NCBI GenBank assembly: GCA_903860135.1
Contig: CAIOPG010000017.1
Coordinates: forward strand, 203,364 to 267,363
Length of the DNA: 64,000 nt
Origin: Candidatus Omnitrophota bacterium
Lineage (GTDB): Bacteria; Omnitrophota; Gorgyraeia; Zapsychrales; Fredricksoniimonadaceae
Reading direction: 5' to 3'
Notes under the pieces: generated by a model
The model's input: only the letters and a program-made list of their open reading frames with translations
The model's database searches: none
Told to the model about the DNA's origin: nothing
Made by a program: the position numbers and the translations under genes
Part shown: piece by piece, positions 1-10,270 of the stretch
Numbering within the stretch: the first letter of the stretch is position 1
Layout of the letters: each line of letters opens with the position of its first letter

Positions 1-29
1 TTCTCATACATCAACAAAGGAGCTTCTCC

Positions 30-377
30 ATGAATAAATTAACCTTAAGTTTCTGCCTGATAGCTGCTGCCGCCGTTATTTATTCCATCGCTACAACCGC
101 TCAACTTTCAGCGCAGTCATCACACTTCTCGAGCGTCATCCCCTTTTTCACATCCATTGGCCGAATGGCTTTCTTTGATCAGGGCAGTGGAAAACTTTAC
201 ATCTATGATGAAGACGGCAAAGAATGCCTTTATAAAGGGCAATTGTCTGAATTAGGCAAACCGCTGACAGCCATCACCAGCGAATCCACACCGCCACGAT
301 CAGTACAAACACCGCAATCAAACAAAAAGATCACGATCAACGAACGCGGCGAAAAGACAATCACACTTGACCCATAA
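30..377 (+). CDS. Hypothetical exported protein
   Basis: 115-aa ORF, AAGGAG RBS upstream, N-terminal signal-peptide-like stretch. Confidence 0.7.
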   Translation: MNKLTLSFCLIAAAAVIYSIATTAQLSAQSSHFSSVIPFFTSIGRMAFFDQGSGKLYIYDEDGKECLYKGQLSELGKPLTAITSESTPPRSVQTPQSNKKITINERGEKTITLDP

Positions 378-390
378 GATCAAGGACTGA

Positions 391-975
391 TCAGCCCTTA
401 CGTAAAACAAAGATACCCGAATCAGCAAAAAGCCCGGTCATAAAAGCTACCCTGCATCCTTCACGCAGGTACCAGGCTTTTTCAATGCGCACATTTTTCT
501 CGACACAAAAATCCCTGAAATCTTTCAGGCTCAAGAACCGCACGTTGGGGGTGTTATACCACTTGTAAGGGAGGCTTTTGGTCACCGGCACCTGCCCCAT
601 GAAAAATATCTGCAGGCGCGCCCGAAGATTGCAAAAGTTCGGGATGCCGACGATAACCTTTTTCCCCACACGCAGGGAATCCGCCAATACTTTCTCGATA
701 TTCAAGACCTGCTGTAAACTTTCGTTCAAGATCACATAATCAAACCGCTTGTCCTCGTACACATCAAGGTCGGAATCAATATTCCCCTGGGCAACGGAAA
801 CACCGCGTTCCATGCACCGGATGATCTGCCGGGGCGATATTTCAATGCCCGTGGCCCGGCAGTTCTTTTTTTCTTTCAGCATGGACAAAAGTTCGCCATC
901 CCCGCAACCGAGGTCCAGCACCCTGGATCCTGGTTCAATGATATCGGCGATGATCTCATAATCCAGACGGATCAT
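391..975 (-). CDS. metW: Methionine biosynthesis protein MetW (SAM-binding)
   Basis: VLDLGCGDG SAM motif, PYxWYNTPN motif, coupled to metX. Confidence 0.92.
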   Translation of the reverse strand: MIRLDYEIIADIIEPGSRVLDLGCGDGELLSMLKEKKNCRATGIEISPRQIIRCMERGVSVAQGNIDSDLDVYEDKRFDYVILNESLQQVLNIEKVLADSLRVGKKVIVGIPNFCNLRARLQIFFMGQVPVTKSLPYKWYNTPNVRFLSLKDFRDFCVEKNVRIEKAWYLREGCRVAFMTGLFADSGIFVLRKG

Positions 976-2096
976 ATAAGCCCTGCCCTTTCCCGCCCGA
1001 CCTTGGACAGATAATGCGCCACGGCGCGTGCCTGATCATCCAGTTCAACAAGGAATGCGTCATGCCCGTAATCCGAATGGATCTCCACATAAGAAACATC
1101 CGCATCCTCCGCCTGCAACGCACGCACCATTTCCCTGGACTGTGACGACGGATAAAGCCAGTCCGAGGTGAAGCTGATAACTAGGAAATCCGCCGTCACC
1201 CCTTTAAAGACCTCGCTGATCTTGCGGCCTTCGGCCAGATCGAAATAATCCATGGCCTTGGTCAAATAAATATAACTGTTGGCGTCAAAACGCTCGACGA
1301 AACTTTGCCCGCGGTATTCCAGGTAACTCTGCACCTCAAAGTCCTTGGAAAGGTCATACCCCAGTTTTTGCTTGTCCAAAAGTTTACGGCCGAATTTGCT
1401 CTCCATGGAAACCCAGCTCATATACGTGATGTGCCCGATCATCCGCGCCACCGATAACCCGCGCGCCGGGACTGCCTGTCCGTAATAATCGCCGTTGTTC
1501 CAGGCCGGATCCGCCATGACCGCCTGGCGCCCGACCTCATGGAACGCGATCTGCTGGGCCGTATGCCGGTGGCATGCGGCGATAATGATAACAGAATGCG
1601 CACATTGCGGATATTTCACCGCCCAGGTTATCGCCTGCATGCCGCCCATAGAGCCGCCCGCGCAACACAATAACTTACTGATGCCCAAATGATCCACGAG
1701 GGCCTTCTGCACATCCACCATGTCCTCAATGGTAATGACCGGGAATGCCAGCCCAAAGGGTTTTTCCGTCAGGGGATCAATGGAATCAGGGCCGGTCGTG
1801 CCTTTGCAGCTGCCCAGCACATTGGAACAGATCAGAAAATATTTATCCGTATCAAACGCTTTGCCGGGGCCGATCATGCCATCCCACCAACCCGGTTTCG
1901 TGTCACCGGCATGATAGAAGGCGGCATGCGCGTCGCCGGTAAAGGCATGCAGGATCAGGATCGCATTGGAACGGGCGGCATTGAGCGTCCCATAGGTTTC
2001 GTAGGCAACTGTCACCGGCCCAAGCTTTTCGCCACTCTTGATGCTGATCTGTCCCAAAGAAAAGTATTGTGTTGCAACGATCGTCGTATTATTCAC
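972..2096 (-). CDS. metX: Homoserine O-acyltransferase MetX
   Basis: HAFTGDAH, GWWDGMIGPG, GGSMGG nucleophile, GHDAFL; start placed at GTG 2096 overlapping the nadA stop. Confidence 0.92.
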   Translation of the reverse strand: MNNTTIVATQYFSLGQISIKSGEKLGPVTVAYETYGTLNAARSNAILILHAFTGDAHAAFYHAGDTKPGWWDGMIGPGKAFDTDKYFLICSNVLGSCKGTTGPDSIDPLTEKPFGLAFPVITIEDMVDVQKALVDHLGISKLLCCAGGSMGGMQAITWAVKYPQCAHSVIIIAACHRHTAQQIAFHEVGRQAVMADPAWNNGDYYGQAVPARGLSVARMIGHITYMSWVSMESKFGRKLLDKQKLGYDLSKDFEVQSYLEYRGQSFVERFDANSYIYLTKAMDYFDLAEGRKISEVFKGVTADFLVISFTSDWLYPSSQSREMVRALQAEDADVSYVEIHSDYGHDAFLVELDDQARAVAHYLSKVGRERAGLI

Positions 2097-3147
2097 AGGC
2101 TGTTTTCCTCGCCGGCCCCTGCTCGGCATAACGGAACATGGCCTCCAGGCACCCCAAGGCACGGGCGCGCACCTGCGCATCGACCTGGATAATGTCCGAC
2201 GGCTTAGGTGCCTTGAGCGTACTTAAAATGCTTTCGAGCGTATTCGATTTCATATATTTGCACAGGGTACAACTGCCCACAAGTTCCTTGTCCGGGAACT
2301 CCGACTGCAGCCGCGCCGAAAGGCCGCACTCGGTCAGCATCAAAAATTGCTTCGCGCGCGTCTGGCGCATATAATCCAGCATTTGCTCCGTACCACCCAC
2401 AAAATCCGAGTTCCCGACAACAACCGCATTGCATTCCGGGTGGCTGACGATCTTCACCCCCGGATACTGCGTGCGGATCTTCATGATCTGCTCGCCGGTG
2501 TATTCTTCATGGACATAGCACACACCTGAAAAATAACGGATATCTTTGGCCACCTTCCGGCGCGCCATTTCATTCTTCAGGTTGATGCCCATATATTTAT
2601 CCGGCAGGAAATAGATTTTGTCCGACGGGATACTCTCAACAACCTGATAGACGTTGGCCGACGTTACGCACACATCACATTCCGCCTTGACCTCGGCGGT
2701 AGTATTAACATAACAAACAAAGGTGTACCCCGGAAATTCCTGGCGCAAACGCCGGACATCGGCCGCCGTGATCGAATCCGCCAGCGTGCACCCCGGTTCG
2801 CGGGCCGGCATCAAAACGGTTTTGTCGGGATTAACGATCTTGGCCGTTTCCCCCATGAAACGGACGGCCACAAACACGATCGTTGCGGCCTTGGTCATCA
2901 TGGCATCGCGGCTCAGCTTGTAGGAATCCCCGACGAAGTCCGCCACTCCGTAAATGATCTCGGGGCTGGCATAGGAATGGACCAGGATGACCGCATTCCT
3001 GGCCACTTTCAGGGCATTGATCTCCTGGATCAACGGCACAAGTTCTTCGCATTTTTTCAGCGAATACTGGCACACCAGCGCGCCCGCGCGGACATTCTTG
3101 AGTTTCTGGTAAAGTTCCCCGGCCGTAACCGGCACAGCGGCTGACAT
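2089..3147 (-). CDS. nadA: Quinolinate synthase NadA
   Basis: ADFVGDS, FMGETAKI, GCTLA, YVNTTAEVKA, CYVH, HPEC, CKYMK motifs; start likely ATG 3147. Confidence 0.93.
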   Translation of the reverse strand: MSAAVPVTAGELYQKLKNVRAGALVCQYSLKKCEELVPLIQEINALKVARNAVILVHSYASPEIIYGVADFVGDSYKLSRDAMMTKAATIVFVAVRFMGETAKIVNPDKTVLMPAREPGCTLADSITAADVRRLRQEFPGYTFVCYVNTTAEVKAECDVCVTSANVYQVVESIPSDKIYFLPDKYMGINLKNEMARRKVAKDIRYFSGVCYVHEEYTGEQIMKIRTQYPGVKIVSHPECNAVVVGNSDFVGGTEQMLDYMRQTRAKQFLMLTECGLSARLQSEFPDKELVGSCTLCKYMKSNTLESILSTLKAPKPSDIIQVDAQVRARALGCLEAMFRYAEQGPARKTACE

Positions 3148-3249
3148 ATAGGTATCTTTCTGTTGGGAAAATTGTTTCAAAATACTATATATGAGTTTGC
3201 CGGATTATTCAAGGATATCAGGGGGAAAAATAGGGCGCGCGGGACCTCT

Positions 3250-4551
3250 TCACACGATGGATCTTTCATTCTCAATGACGTTGTAGATATCAGTCCGACG
3301 CCCACGATCCCAATCAAGATAAACCTGCCTGGACAGCTCCTTGTTCAACGGCAAAGAAGCCACTTTATTCGCCTGAAATACCTTCAAGACAGCAGGGGCG
3401 TACTTTTCACACAGCCAGCACTCTCCGGGATCTTTGAAGCAAGCCCTCATCCTGTCATATATGGCCGAAAAGTCTTCCTCGCATATATTTCCAAAGGAAA
3501 TGTTAAGGAACTCACAGGGCTGAACATCTCCTTTGGCATTGAGATAAAACCTGTCCGTGCCGCCGGCGGTACAGCCAAACACAAGAGGGTCCTCCTCGAT
3601 GATCTGGGCCGATATGGACGGGTACTCCCTGTACCGCGCCTCATTATTATACGCATGCACCAGTTCTTTAACCTTGTCCAGATCCGCTGCCGTGAAATTT
3701 TCGATCCCCGATTCCAGCCAGGCGCCAGAAGGCTTCGGCTTGATGACCTGCACCAGGCAAGCGCCAAAGTCCCTGGCTTTGGCCATCACCTGCGCGAAGG
3801 CACCATTATAAAAATCTTCCCGCCGGAGGCAGGCATTAAAGGCGACCGGCACATCCGCCGCGTGGCAGCAACGGATACCCTCCTGCAAAATAGCCCAGGC
3901 ATTTTCAGACCCCATGAAGGCATTCACATATTCAGGAACAGCACTATGCAAAGAGAACATGACCCCCGTCAACCCTAAACCTTTAAGCTCCCGCAACCGC
4001 TCCACACTCACCCCGTCACCTGTTGAATTGATCCATATCTCGGCGCCGCCATTGATAGACCCGCACAACCTCTTCAACCGGTCGTAGACCAAAAAAGGAT
4101 CCCCGCCTTCAATGTTAAAGAACGCCACGCCCTTCGCCTGCATGCGCTCAACAGCCTTAACCATAAGATCAATGGACACATCTTTGCCCGTGTCTTTTCT
4201 CTGATAACAATGCGCGCAGTGGTGCCGGCACGCCGATGTCACCGAGATCAGGGCCGTTGTGCACGGCAATTTGGCATCAAACACCATGAACTTGCGGCAA
4301 GCCGTGAAGAATGCCTTCGAAGGAAATCCGGGGATATATAATCCCACCCGGACATAGCGCCCGATGGCGACAAATTTGTTATGATAGATCTTGGACAAAA
4401 AATACAATAGCCGCTTCAGGAACATCCTATATCTGCCCACCGATAGCCTGCCCTTTAAAAGCTCCGGTAAGTAATAAAAGAAAATACACACCTTCAACTT
4501 AATGGAGAACAAAACCTTGTTGAATCCTGTGACATTCTTCACGCTGATCAT
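3250..4551 (-). CDS. Radical SAM protein with SPASM/twitch-type auxiliary Cys domain
   Basis: CRHHCAHC (CxxxCxxC), GGDP, C-terminal GCTAG...GDVQPC...GNI...CWLC; ATGA overlap with upstream gene. Confidence 0.88.
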   Translation of the reverse strand: MISVKNVTGFNKVLFSIKLKVCIFFYYLPELLKGRLSVGRYRMFLKRLLYFLSKIYHNKFVAIGRYVRVGLYIPGFPSKAFFTACRKFMVFDAKLPCTTALISVTSACRHHCAHCYQRKDTGKDVSIDLMVKAVERMQAKGVAFFNIEGGDPFLVYDRLKRLCGSINGGAEIWINSTGDGVSVERLRELKGLGLTGVMFSLHSAVPEYVNAFMGSENAWAILQEGIRCCHAADVPVAFNACLRREDFYNGAFAQVMAKARDFGACLVQVIKPKPSGAWLESGIENFTAADLDKVKELVHAYNNEARYREYPSISAQIIEEDPLVFGCTAGGTDRFYLNAKGDVQPCEFLNISFGNICEEDFSAIYDRMRACFKDPGECWLCEKYAPAVLKVFQANKVASLPLNKELSRQVYLDWDRGRRTDIYNVIENERSIV

Positions 4552-5582
4552 AAGCCCCCTGCCTGCCGGTACCATTTGACCGTATTCCTTATCCCCTCAT
4601 CAAGGCTATAACGGGCCCTGAAGCCAAGGACTTCTTCGGCCTTGTGCGTGGCATATTCAATATTGTCATAGAACATATTCACCCGCCCGCGCGTCAACAG
4701 GGGCGGCGCTTTCATCTTTAACAATGTATAAACCAGCTCCATCAGGAAACCCGCCGGATAAACAAGCCATTTAGGCAACAGCAGCGGCTTCTTCACACCG
4801 GCATAACGGCAAAACAGTGAGAATATATGATCCATGCCGGCACAATCCGTGTCCGCAATGATCAGGTGCTGCACCCCCCTCAACCGCCGGATGAACGCCA
4901 GATAATAGGCCTCGGCAAGATCCGGGGCATAGATCACATGGAACTTGTTCTTGCGCGACCCGGGAGCAACCGCAACCCCCTGCTCAACGGACCTGATATA
5001 TTCCAAAAATACCGTATGCCGGCCATTCTCTCCGTAAACCCATACCGGATCGAGCACGGTTAGATTGATTGCTTCACGCCGGGCAAAGTCCATGGCACGT
5101 TCAGCCGCCAGGCATTTTGTATCACGGTAATGATTCAAACAGCACGGGAATATCCTGTCGAGAAAATAGGGATAATGCGCCTGATACGGTGAAGCCTCAT
5201 CTTTGACCTTGAACGAAGGCTCTTCCCCGTACACCGCATTGGTCCCTGTCATGATCACATCCTTGATCCCGTTCGCCACACAGGCTTCAAGGACATTCAA
5301 GGCCCCCTCAACATTCGTCTGATAAAAAGACTGGTACTCTCCCCAGTCTTTAACATACCCCGCATTATGAATGACAAAATCATGCCCTTGTAACGCCTCG
5401 ATCAACGACGCCCTGTTGCCAATATCTCCATATTTATATTCAACCGCATACCCTTGAATATCGGAAAGATCACTGCCCCGACGGACAAAACAGGTCACGG
5501 CCACCCCATGCCGGGTGAACAGGCTGACGAGATGGCTGCCGATAAACCCGTTAGCACCTGTGATCAATACGTTACGCTTCAT
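4548..5582 (-). CDS. NAD-dependent epimerase/dehydratase (extended SDR, 3-beta-HSD-like)
   Basis: TGANGFIG Rossmann motif, HNAG, YRDTK (YxxxK). Confidence 0.9.
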   Translation of the reverse strand: MKRNVLITGANGFIGSHLVSLFTRHGVAVTCFVRRGSDLSDIQGYAVEYKYGDIGNRASLIEALQGHDFVIHNAGYVKDWGEYQSFYQTNVEGALNVLEACVANGIKDVIMTGTNAVYGEEPSFKVKDEASPYQAHYPYFLDRIFPCCLNHYRDTKCLAAERAMDFARREAINLTVLDPVWVYGENGRHTVFLEYIRSVEQGVAVAPGSRKNKFHVIYAPDLAEAYYLAFIRRLRGVQHLIIADTDCAGMDHIFSLFCRYAGVKKPLLLPKWLVYPAGFLMELVYTLLKMKAPPLLTRGRVNMFYDNIEYATHKAEEVLGFRARYSLDEGIRNTVKWYRQAGGL

Positions 5583-6855
5583 GTTGTAGCTTTCTCAGGA
5601 GGACACCCGCATTGTGCCCGCCAAACCCGTAGGATGTGGATATCGCCGTATTAACTTCCGCCTCGATCGACGTGTGGACAAGGTTCAAATTCTCACGCGG
5701 ATCAGCCACGCCATTGCCGTGCACACGCGATGCCTTGATAGCCAGGGCCGTCACGGCGATCTCCAGCGCCCCGCTGGCGCCCAGCGTATGGCCGAGGATC
5801 CCTTTGGTTGAATTCACATAAGGCTGATCTGCCCGTGGACCAAAAATAGCGGCAATGGCATCGGCCTCAATGCTGTCATTGACAGCGGTCCCGCTGCCAT
5901 GGGCGTTAAGATAATCAATCGTCTGCCCCTGTTTGAGATCCCGTAATAATCGCCGGATCTGAGCGCCCGAAGGATCCATCTGGACAATATTATGCGCATC
6001 ACTGTTGCTTTGAAAATCAGCGATCTCCGCGTAGATCGCCGCCCCCCTGTTTAAGGCATGCTGATATTCTTCGAGCACAAGAACGCACGCGGCTCCTTGA
6101 GCGAACAGAAATCCTGTGCTTGTCTTTGAAAAAGGATAAGGAACGCCGTCAGCAGACCGGGTAAGGACCCCGAGCACATCAAAGCCCCGCATGATGCCGC
6201 CCATACTATCAGCCATACATTCCACGCCGCCGGTCAATACAACATCCTGCGGGCCATTCCTGATCGCATGATACGCTTGCCCAACGGCCACGGTCCCCGA
6301 CGCGCACGCGGCATTGACCGTATAACTGGGGCCCTTTAATCCATGCGCAATAGATATCCAGCTGGCCACCGCATTGGGCATCAGCATGGGTACAACCATG
6401 CGATTATAACGGACTTGCTGAATATCCATGGCAGAGGGGATTTCACTCTTATCCTTCACGATATGCGACAAGTAAGAACAAAAACCGGTTTCAAGGCTGC
6501 TCATCCCGATACCAACGATCACCCCGGCATCCATAATGTCCGGCGCTACAAACCCGTCCTCACGGCGGACAACAGAAAAACCGGCATCCTTCAAGGCCAG
6601 GGCTGCCGCGGCCAGAACCAACTTGTCTTCATCCTGCATGATCTTATTGTAATAAGAGGGAAACCCGTAGGCATCAAGATCAACGTGAGGACAAGGGCTG
6701 TAATAACGCGACTTGAACTGATACCCGCGTTCAAAATTCCCAGGTATCTCCCTGATACAACGCCGCCCATCAAGAATACCTTCGAGGAAATCCTTTTTCC
6801 CGACGCCTGTTGATGTGACCGGCCCGAGCCCGGTGATCACAACCCGGCGCATCAT
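5572..6855 (-). CDS. Beta-ketoacyl-ACP synthase (FabF-like ketosynthase)
   Basis: RRVVITGLG, NAACASG (Cys), NAHGSGT and GHTLGASG (His-His), SYGFGGHN. Confidence 0.92.
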   Translation of the reverse strand: MMRRVVITGLGPVTSTGVGKKDFLEGILDGRRCIREIPGNFERGYQFKSRYYSPCPHVDLDAYGFPSYYNKIMQDEDKLVLAAAALALKDAGFSVVRREDGFVAPDIMDAGVIVGIGMSSLETGFCSYLSHIVKDKSEIPSAMDIQQVRYNRMVVPMLMPNAVASWISIAHGLKGPSYTVNAACASGTVAVGQAYHAIRNGPQDVVLTGGVECMADSMGGIMRGFDVLGVLTRSADGVPYPFSKTSTGFLFAQGAACVLVLEEYQHALNRGAAIYAEIADFQSNSDAHNIVQMDPSGAQIRRLLRDLKQGQTIDYLNAHGSGTAVNDSIEADAIAAIFGPRADQPYVNSTKGILGHTLGASGALEIAVTALAIKASRVHGNGVADPRENLNLVHTSIEAEVNTAISTSYGFGGHNAGVLLRKLQHEA

Positions 6856-7868
6856 GGCTGCTCCTTCAAATAACGGACAAGGGCCGCCAGGTAATCCTGG
6901 CGTTGATCAAAATCCCGGGCGCGCGCCACAAGCCCCCCCAGATCAACGCGTCTTTGCCCGTCGCACAAGCGCTTTGTTGCCGCCGTGATCTTGCCGATCC
7001 TGAAGAAGGTCAACCCTTCCTGGCTTGCCCTCGACAAGAACAACCCTTCATCCGCAGGTTGTACGGTAAAAAGCAACTCATACTCTCCGGCCTCGCCCAG
7101 GAACAGCAATTCTTTGGGCAGGGATAAAGCCGCCGCCCCCAACACACCGGCGTCAATATAAGGCAAGTCTGCCACCTCATACCCTACGCCATTAATGTCA
7201 GCCAGCGTATTCAACGCATTAAAAACACCGTCGCTGGTGTCTATGCAGCACCTGGCATAAAGGCCTATGAAGGCAGCTGCCTGAACACGCAACGGGAATC
7301 GGTTGCGGATCATGCCGGCCAACAACCGTAAACGGCCATCATCCGCGTAAAGCTTGAGCACCGCCTCGACATTTCCCAGCCCGATCCTGCCAGAAATATA
7401 AATTGAGTCCCCGACCTGAGCCCCTTTCCTGCCCAAAGGATATCTTCCCGGACTGCCTATAACAGCGGCGGTATAACGCCAGTGCGCAGCTTTCCCGAAA
7501 TCACCTCCCATAAAAGCCGTGCCGGCCTGCGCGAGCACATCAGCCACTCCTTGTGAGAACTTCTGAATATAATGCTCATCCCAGGCCTTGCTCACGGCCA
7601 TGGCATGGCCATAGAGGCACGGCTTGCCCGCGCAGGCAAGGATATCGCTGATCCCCCCGACAGCAACATTCCACCCCAAAGAGTACGGATCATCTTCACG
7701 CAACATGTCTTCGGCGGAAAACTCATCCATCGTAAAAAGAAGTTGCTTGTCATCCACCAAAACAACTTCCGCGTCAGACTCAAAAGGCCGGCTCAAACGG
7801 CAACGATCAGCCGGGAACATGCTGTCGATCAGGCGAATCGTTCTGGCCTCGGCGTCAATCTTACGCAT
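6852..7868 (-). CDS. ThiL-like (PurM/AIR synthase superfamily) kinase, divergent
   Basis: GISDILAC, GGDF, IDTSDG, GEYELLFTV resemble ThiL motifs; context is not thiamine biosynthesis. Confidence 0.75.
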   Translation of the reverse strand: MRKIDAEARTIRLIDSMFPADRCRLSRPFESDAEVVLVDDKQLLFTMDEFSAEDMLREDDPYSLGWNVAVGGISDILACAGKPCLYGHAMAVSKAWDEHYIQKFSQGVADVLAQAGTAFMGGDFGKAAHWRYTAAVIGSPGRYPLGRKGAQVGDSIYISGRIGLGNVEAVLKLYADDGRLRLLAGMIRNRFPLRVQAAAFIGLYARCCIDTSDGVFNALNTLADINGVGYEVADLPYIDAGVLGAAALSLPKELLFLGEAGEYELLFTVQPADEGLFLSRASQEGLTFFRIGKITAATKRLCDGQRRVDLGGLVARARDFDQRQDYLAALVRYLKEQP

Positions 7869-8820
7869 GGATCAGCTCCAGCTTATCCTTGGCCATGGTC
7901 ACCCCGCATGGCAGAAAACCCTGGGGATCCCCGTCAAATTCCACTTCGACCGCAGGCTGATCGGCCTTGACATCAACCCTCCGGGCATACGCAAGAGAAA
8001 TTTGCCGGCTGTTGCTGATCGGTTTCCCGCTATAGACAGCCATCAGGCAATGCGGCACGTGCCTCCAGGCGACATCTTTGACAGCTAATAAATAAAACCG
8101 TCCATCCCCTTCGATCAAGGTGCCGTTGACCTTGATGCCGGAGGCGATATGCCATGTTTTTCCTATGGAAAGATTACACAATCCCGGCCATATCTCTGCC
8201 CTGCCGTCACAGGACACAGCTAATTTTAAACGACGGTATTGCCTGAACGACCTGATAATAGCCCTGAGCGTTCCTACGCTATCCCCCCATCTTTTCCTGC
8301 CCCCGGCATTAGCCTCTCGGGCCACCGAAGCCCCCAGGCCGATATTGACGCAACAGGCAAAATAACGCGTCACACGCTCCGGCACGCCCTGCCCGGGACA
8401 CCCATCAGCGCCAGCCGTGTTCAAGGTTATTTGCCCCAGCTGGATCTGCGTTGTACGCCCCGCCAGGAGCACGTCGAGCGATCGCTCTATAGCCCCATAA
8501 GGAACCGCATAGCTTTTACAGAAATCCGGGCTTGTTCCGGTATAGATAACACCCAAACTGGCCCTGGAGAGCCTGGATCCGTTCTCATCGTAAAACCCGT
8601 TGATGACCCTGTTGATCGTGCCATCCCCCCCCACCGCAACGACCACATCATAGCCCGCCCTGTTGGCTTCTTTCGACAAGGTGCACGCATCGTGCAATGA
8701 TCCCGTTATCGCGCATTCAAAGATGACTTTCCGCGCCACCAACAAAGAACGCAGGCGCGCGATCAGCGGCGCGCTCTGCCCATGCCGCGACCCTGGATTA
8801 AAAATAAAGAAATACCTCAT
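7861..8820 (-). CDS. Diacylglycerol/sphingosine kinase family lipid kinase
   Basis: NPGS, VGGDGTINRVING, GTSPDF, EFDGD motifs. Confidence 0.88.
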   Translation of the reverse strand: MRYFFIFNPGSRHGQSAPLIARLRSLLVARKVIFECAITGSLHDACTLSKEANRAGYDVVVAVGGDGTINRVINGFYDENGSRLSRASLGVIYTGTSPDFCKSYAVPYGAIERSLDVLLAGRTTQIQLGQITLNTAGADGCPGQGVPERVTRYFACCVNIGLGASVAREANAGGRKRWGDSVGTLRAIIRSFRQYRRLKLAVSCDGRAEIWPGLCNLSIGKTWHIASGIKVNGTLIEGDGRFYLLAVKDVAWRHVPHCLMAVYSGKPISNSRQISLAYARRVDVKADQPAVEVEFDGDPQGFLPCGVTMAKDKLELIHA

Positions 8821-10004
8821 ACGGCCGTCATTCTCCTGCCAATGGACTGAAACACATCGAGGACCCTGCCCACCGTGCCCTCGGACAAATTGGCTCCGGC
8901 GATCAATCGTATCTTGTTCTCATGCACCGGCACCGATGGAGGAACAAACGGTGTTACCAGAATATTGGCCTCATGGATCATTTTCGCCAGGCGCGCGCAA
9001 TCATCCAGATCCCTGACCATGATCGACGTGATCGGCGCACTCCCGTCTGTCACATTAAAACCGCTGGCAACAAGGCCTTGGCTGATCATCCTTTTGTACC
9101 GCCACATCTTTTCACTCAGGGCCGGAAACTCAGCATCGATGATATCGAGGACCGCTTCCACACCGGCAAGTACTGGCGGCGGCAAAGCGGTCGAATAAAT
9201 AAAAGCGGGGCATGAATACTTCAAATACTCGATAAACGCTTTCCTGCCACCGACAAAACCGCCGGCATTGGCCAAAGCCTTGCCCAAAGAGGCCGTGTAT
9301 ATCCCCTCGAAATTAACAACATTCTTTTCTTCCAAAACCCCCCGGCCTGAACGGCCGAGCACCCCGATCCCGTGGGAATCATCAATGACCGGCACCGCGT
9401 TGAATTGCGTGCACAACCGGATGATCTCATCACAAGGGGCCAGGCTCCCTTCGGTCGAAAAAACCGACTCGGTCACCACAAAGACCCGCCTGTACATTTC
9501 CGTCTTTGAAAGGACCTTTCTCAAATGATCCATATTGTTGTGCAGGAAAGGCCTGATCTTACACCCGGCCAGGCGTACCCCCTGGATGAGCGACGCATGC
9601 GCATAATGGTCAATGATGATCAGGTCTTCGGGCCCGGCCAATGACAGGAAGATCGCGCCATTGGCCTGATAAGCTGACGGGAAAATAATACCGGCCTCCA
9701 CCCCCGCGAACGTTGCCAGCCTTTGTTCCAGCCGCGTCAGGATCGCCATGGAACCGGTGGCTATCGGCGTGCCGCACATCGACGCTCCATAGCGCCCTGC
9801 GGCCAGCGCTATCGCCCGGGCAACGCGCGGGTCAGCGGCAAGGCCAAGATAATTATTAGCGGCCAGATTGATAAAGGCCGTGCCGTCAATGATAATGGGA
9901 TCCCCCAGGCTCGACTCAATATGGGCATAATACGGATTGAAATCATATTTTTGCGTCAAGCTTTTGTCCACCACCAGCCCGGTATAAAAAGGTTCGCGCG
10001 CCAT
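8817..10004 (-). CDS. PLP-dependent alpha-oxoamine synthase (SPT/AONS/KBL family)
   Basis: ANNYLGL, HASL, ESVFSTEG, DDSHGIG, SLGKA (PLP Lys); adjacent to ACP. Confidence 0.9.
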   Translation of the reverse strand: MAREPFYTGLVVDKSLTQKYDFNPYYAHIESSLGDPIIIDGTAFINLAANNYLGLAADPRVARAIALAAGRYGASMCGTPIATGSMAILTRLEQRLATFAGVEAGIIFPSAYQANGAIFLSLAGPEDLIIIDHYAHASLIQGVRLAGCKIRPFLHNNMDHLRKVLSKTEMYRRVFVVTESVFSTEGSLAPCDEIIRLCTQFNAVPVIDDSHGIGVLGRSGRGVLEEKNVVNFEGIYTASLGKALANAGGFVGGRKAFIEYLKYSCPAFIYSTALPPPVLAGVEAVLDIIDAEFPALSEKMWRYKRMISQGLVASGFNVTDGSAPITSIMVRDLDDCARLAKMIHEANILVTPFVPPSVPVHENKIRLIAGANLSEGTVGRVLDVFQSIGRRMTAV

Positions 10005-10255
10005 CAGGGCTCCTTGAGGTCAGGATAATGCTGTTGCAGGCGCGCGACAATATCGGCCACATGAGCAATCCCGATAAAGTCCTTTTCCGCGATCGTGATA
10101 CTGAATTCATCCTCGAGGGCATTGATGATGATGAGCATGGCAAATGAATCGACCCCCAGGTCATGCCGCAGGTCCGTCGCGGGCGTGATCGTGGTCCGTT
10201 CTTTCCCTTCAAGATTCTTTTCAATGGTCCTGATGACCCTGTCTTGCAAGCTCAA
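10004..10255 (-). CDS. Acyl carrier protein
   Basis: 83 aa, DLGVDSF phosphopantetheine site, LEDEF. Confidence 0.92.
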   Translation of the reverse strand: MSLQDRVIRTIEKNLEGKERTTITPATDLRHDLGVDSFAMLIIINALEDEFSITIAEKDFIGIAHVADIVARLQQHYPDLKEP

Positions 10256-10270
10256 GGGCGCCTCCTCTGG

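Noticed and set aside
3163-3978. 271-aa plus-strand ORF
   Set aside because: Antisense shadow of the radical SAM gene; no motifs
6852-10004. Calling these genes thiL and bioF
   Set aside because: Divergent motifs and no thiamine or biotin context; symbols withheld
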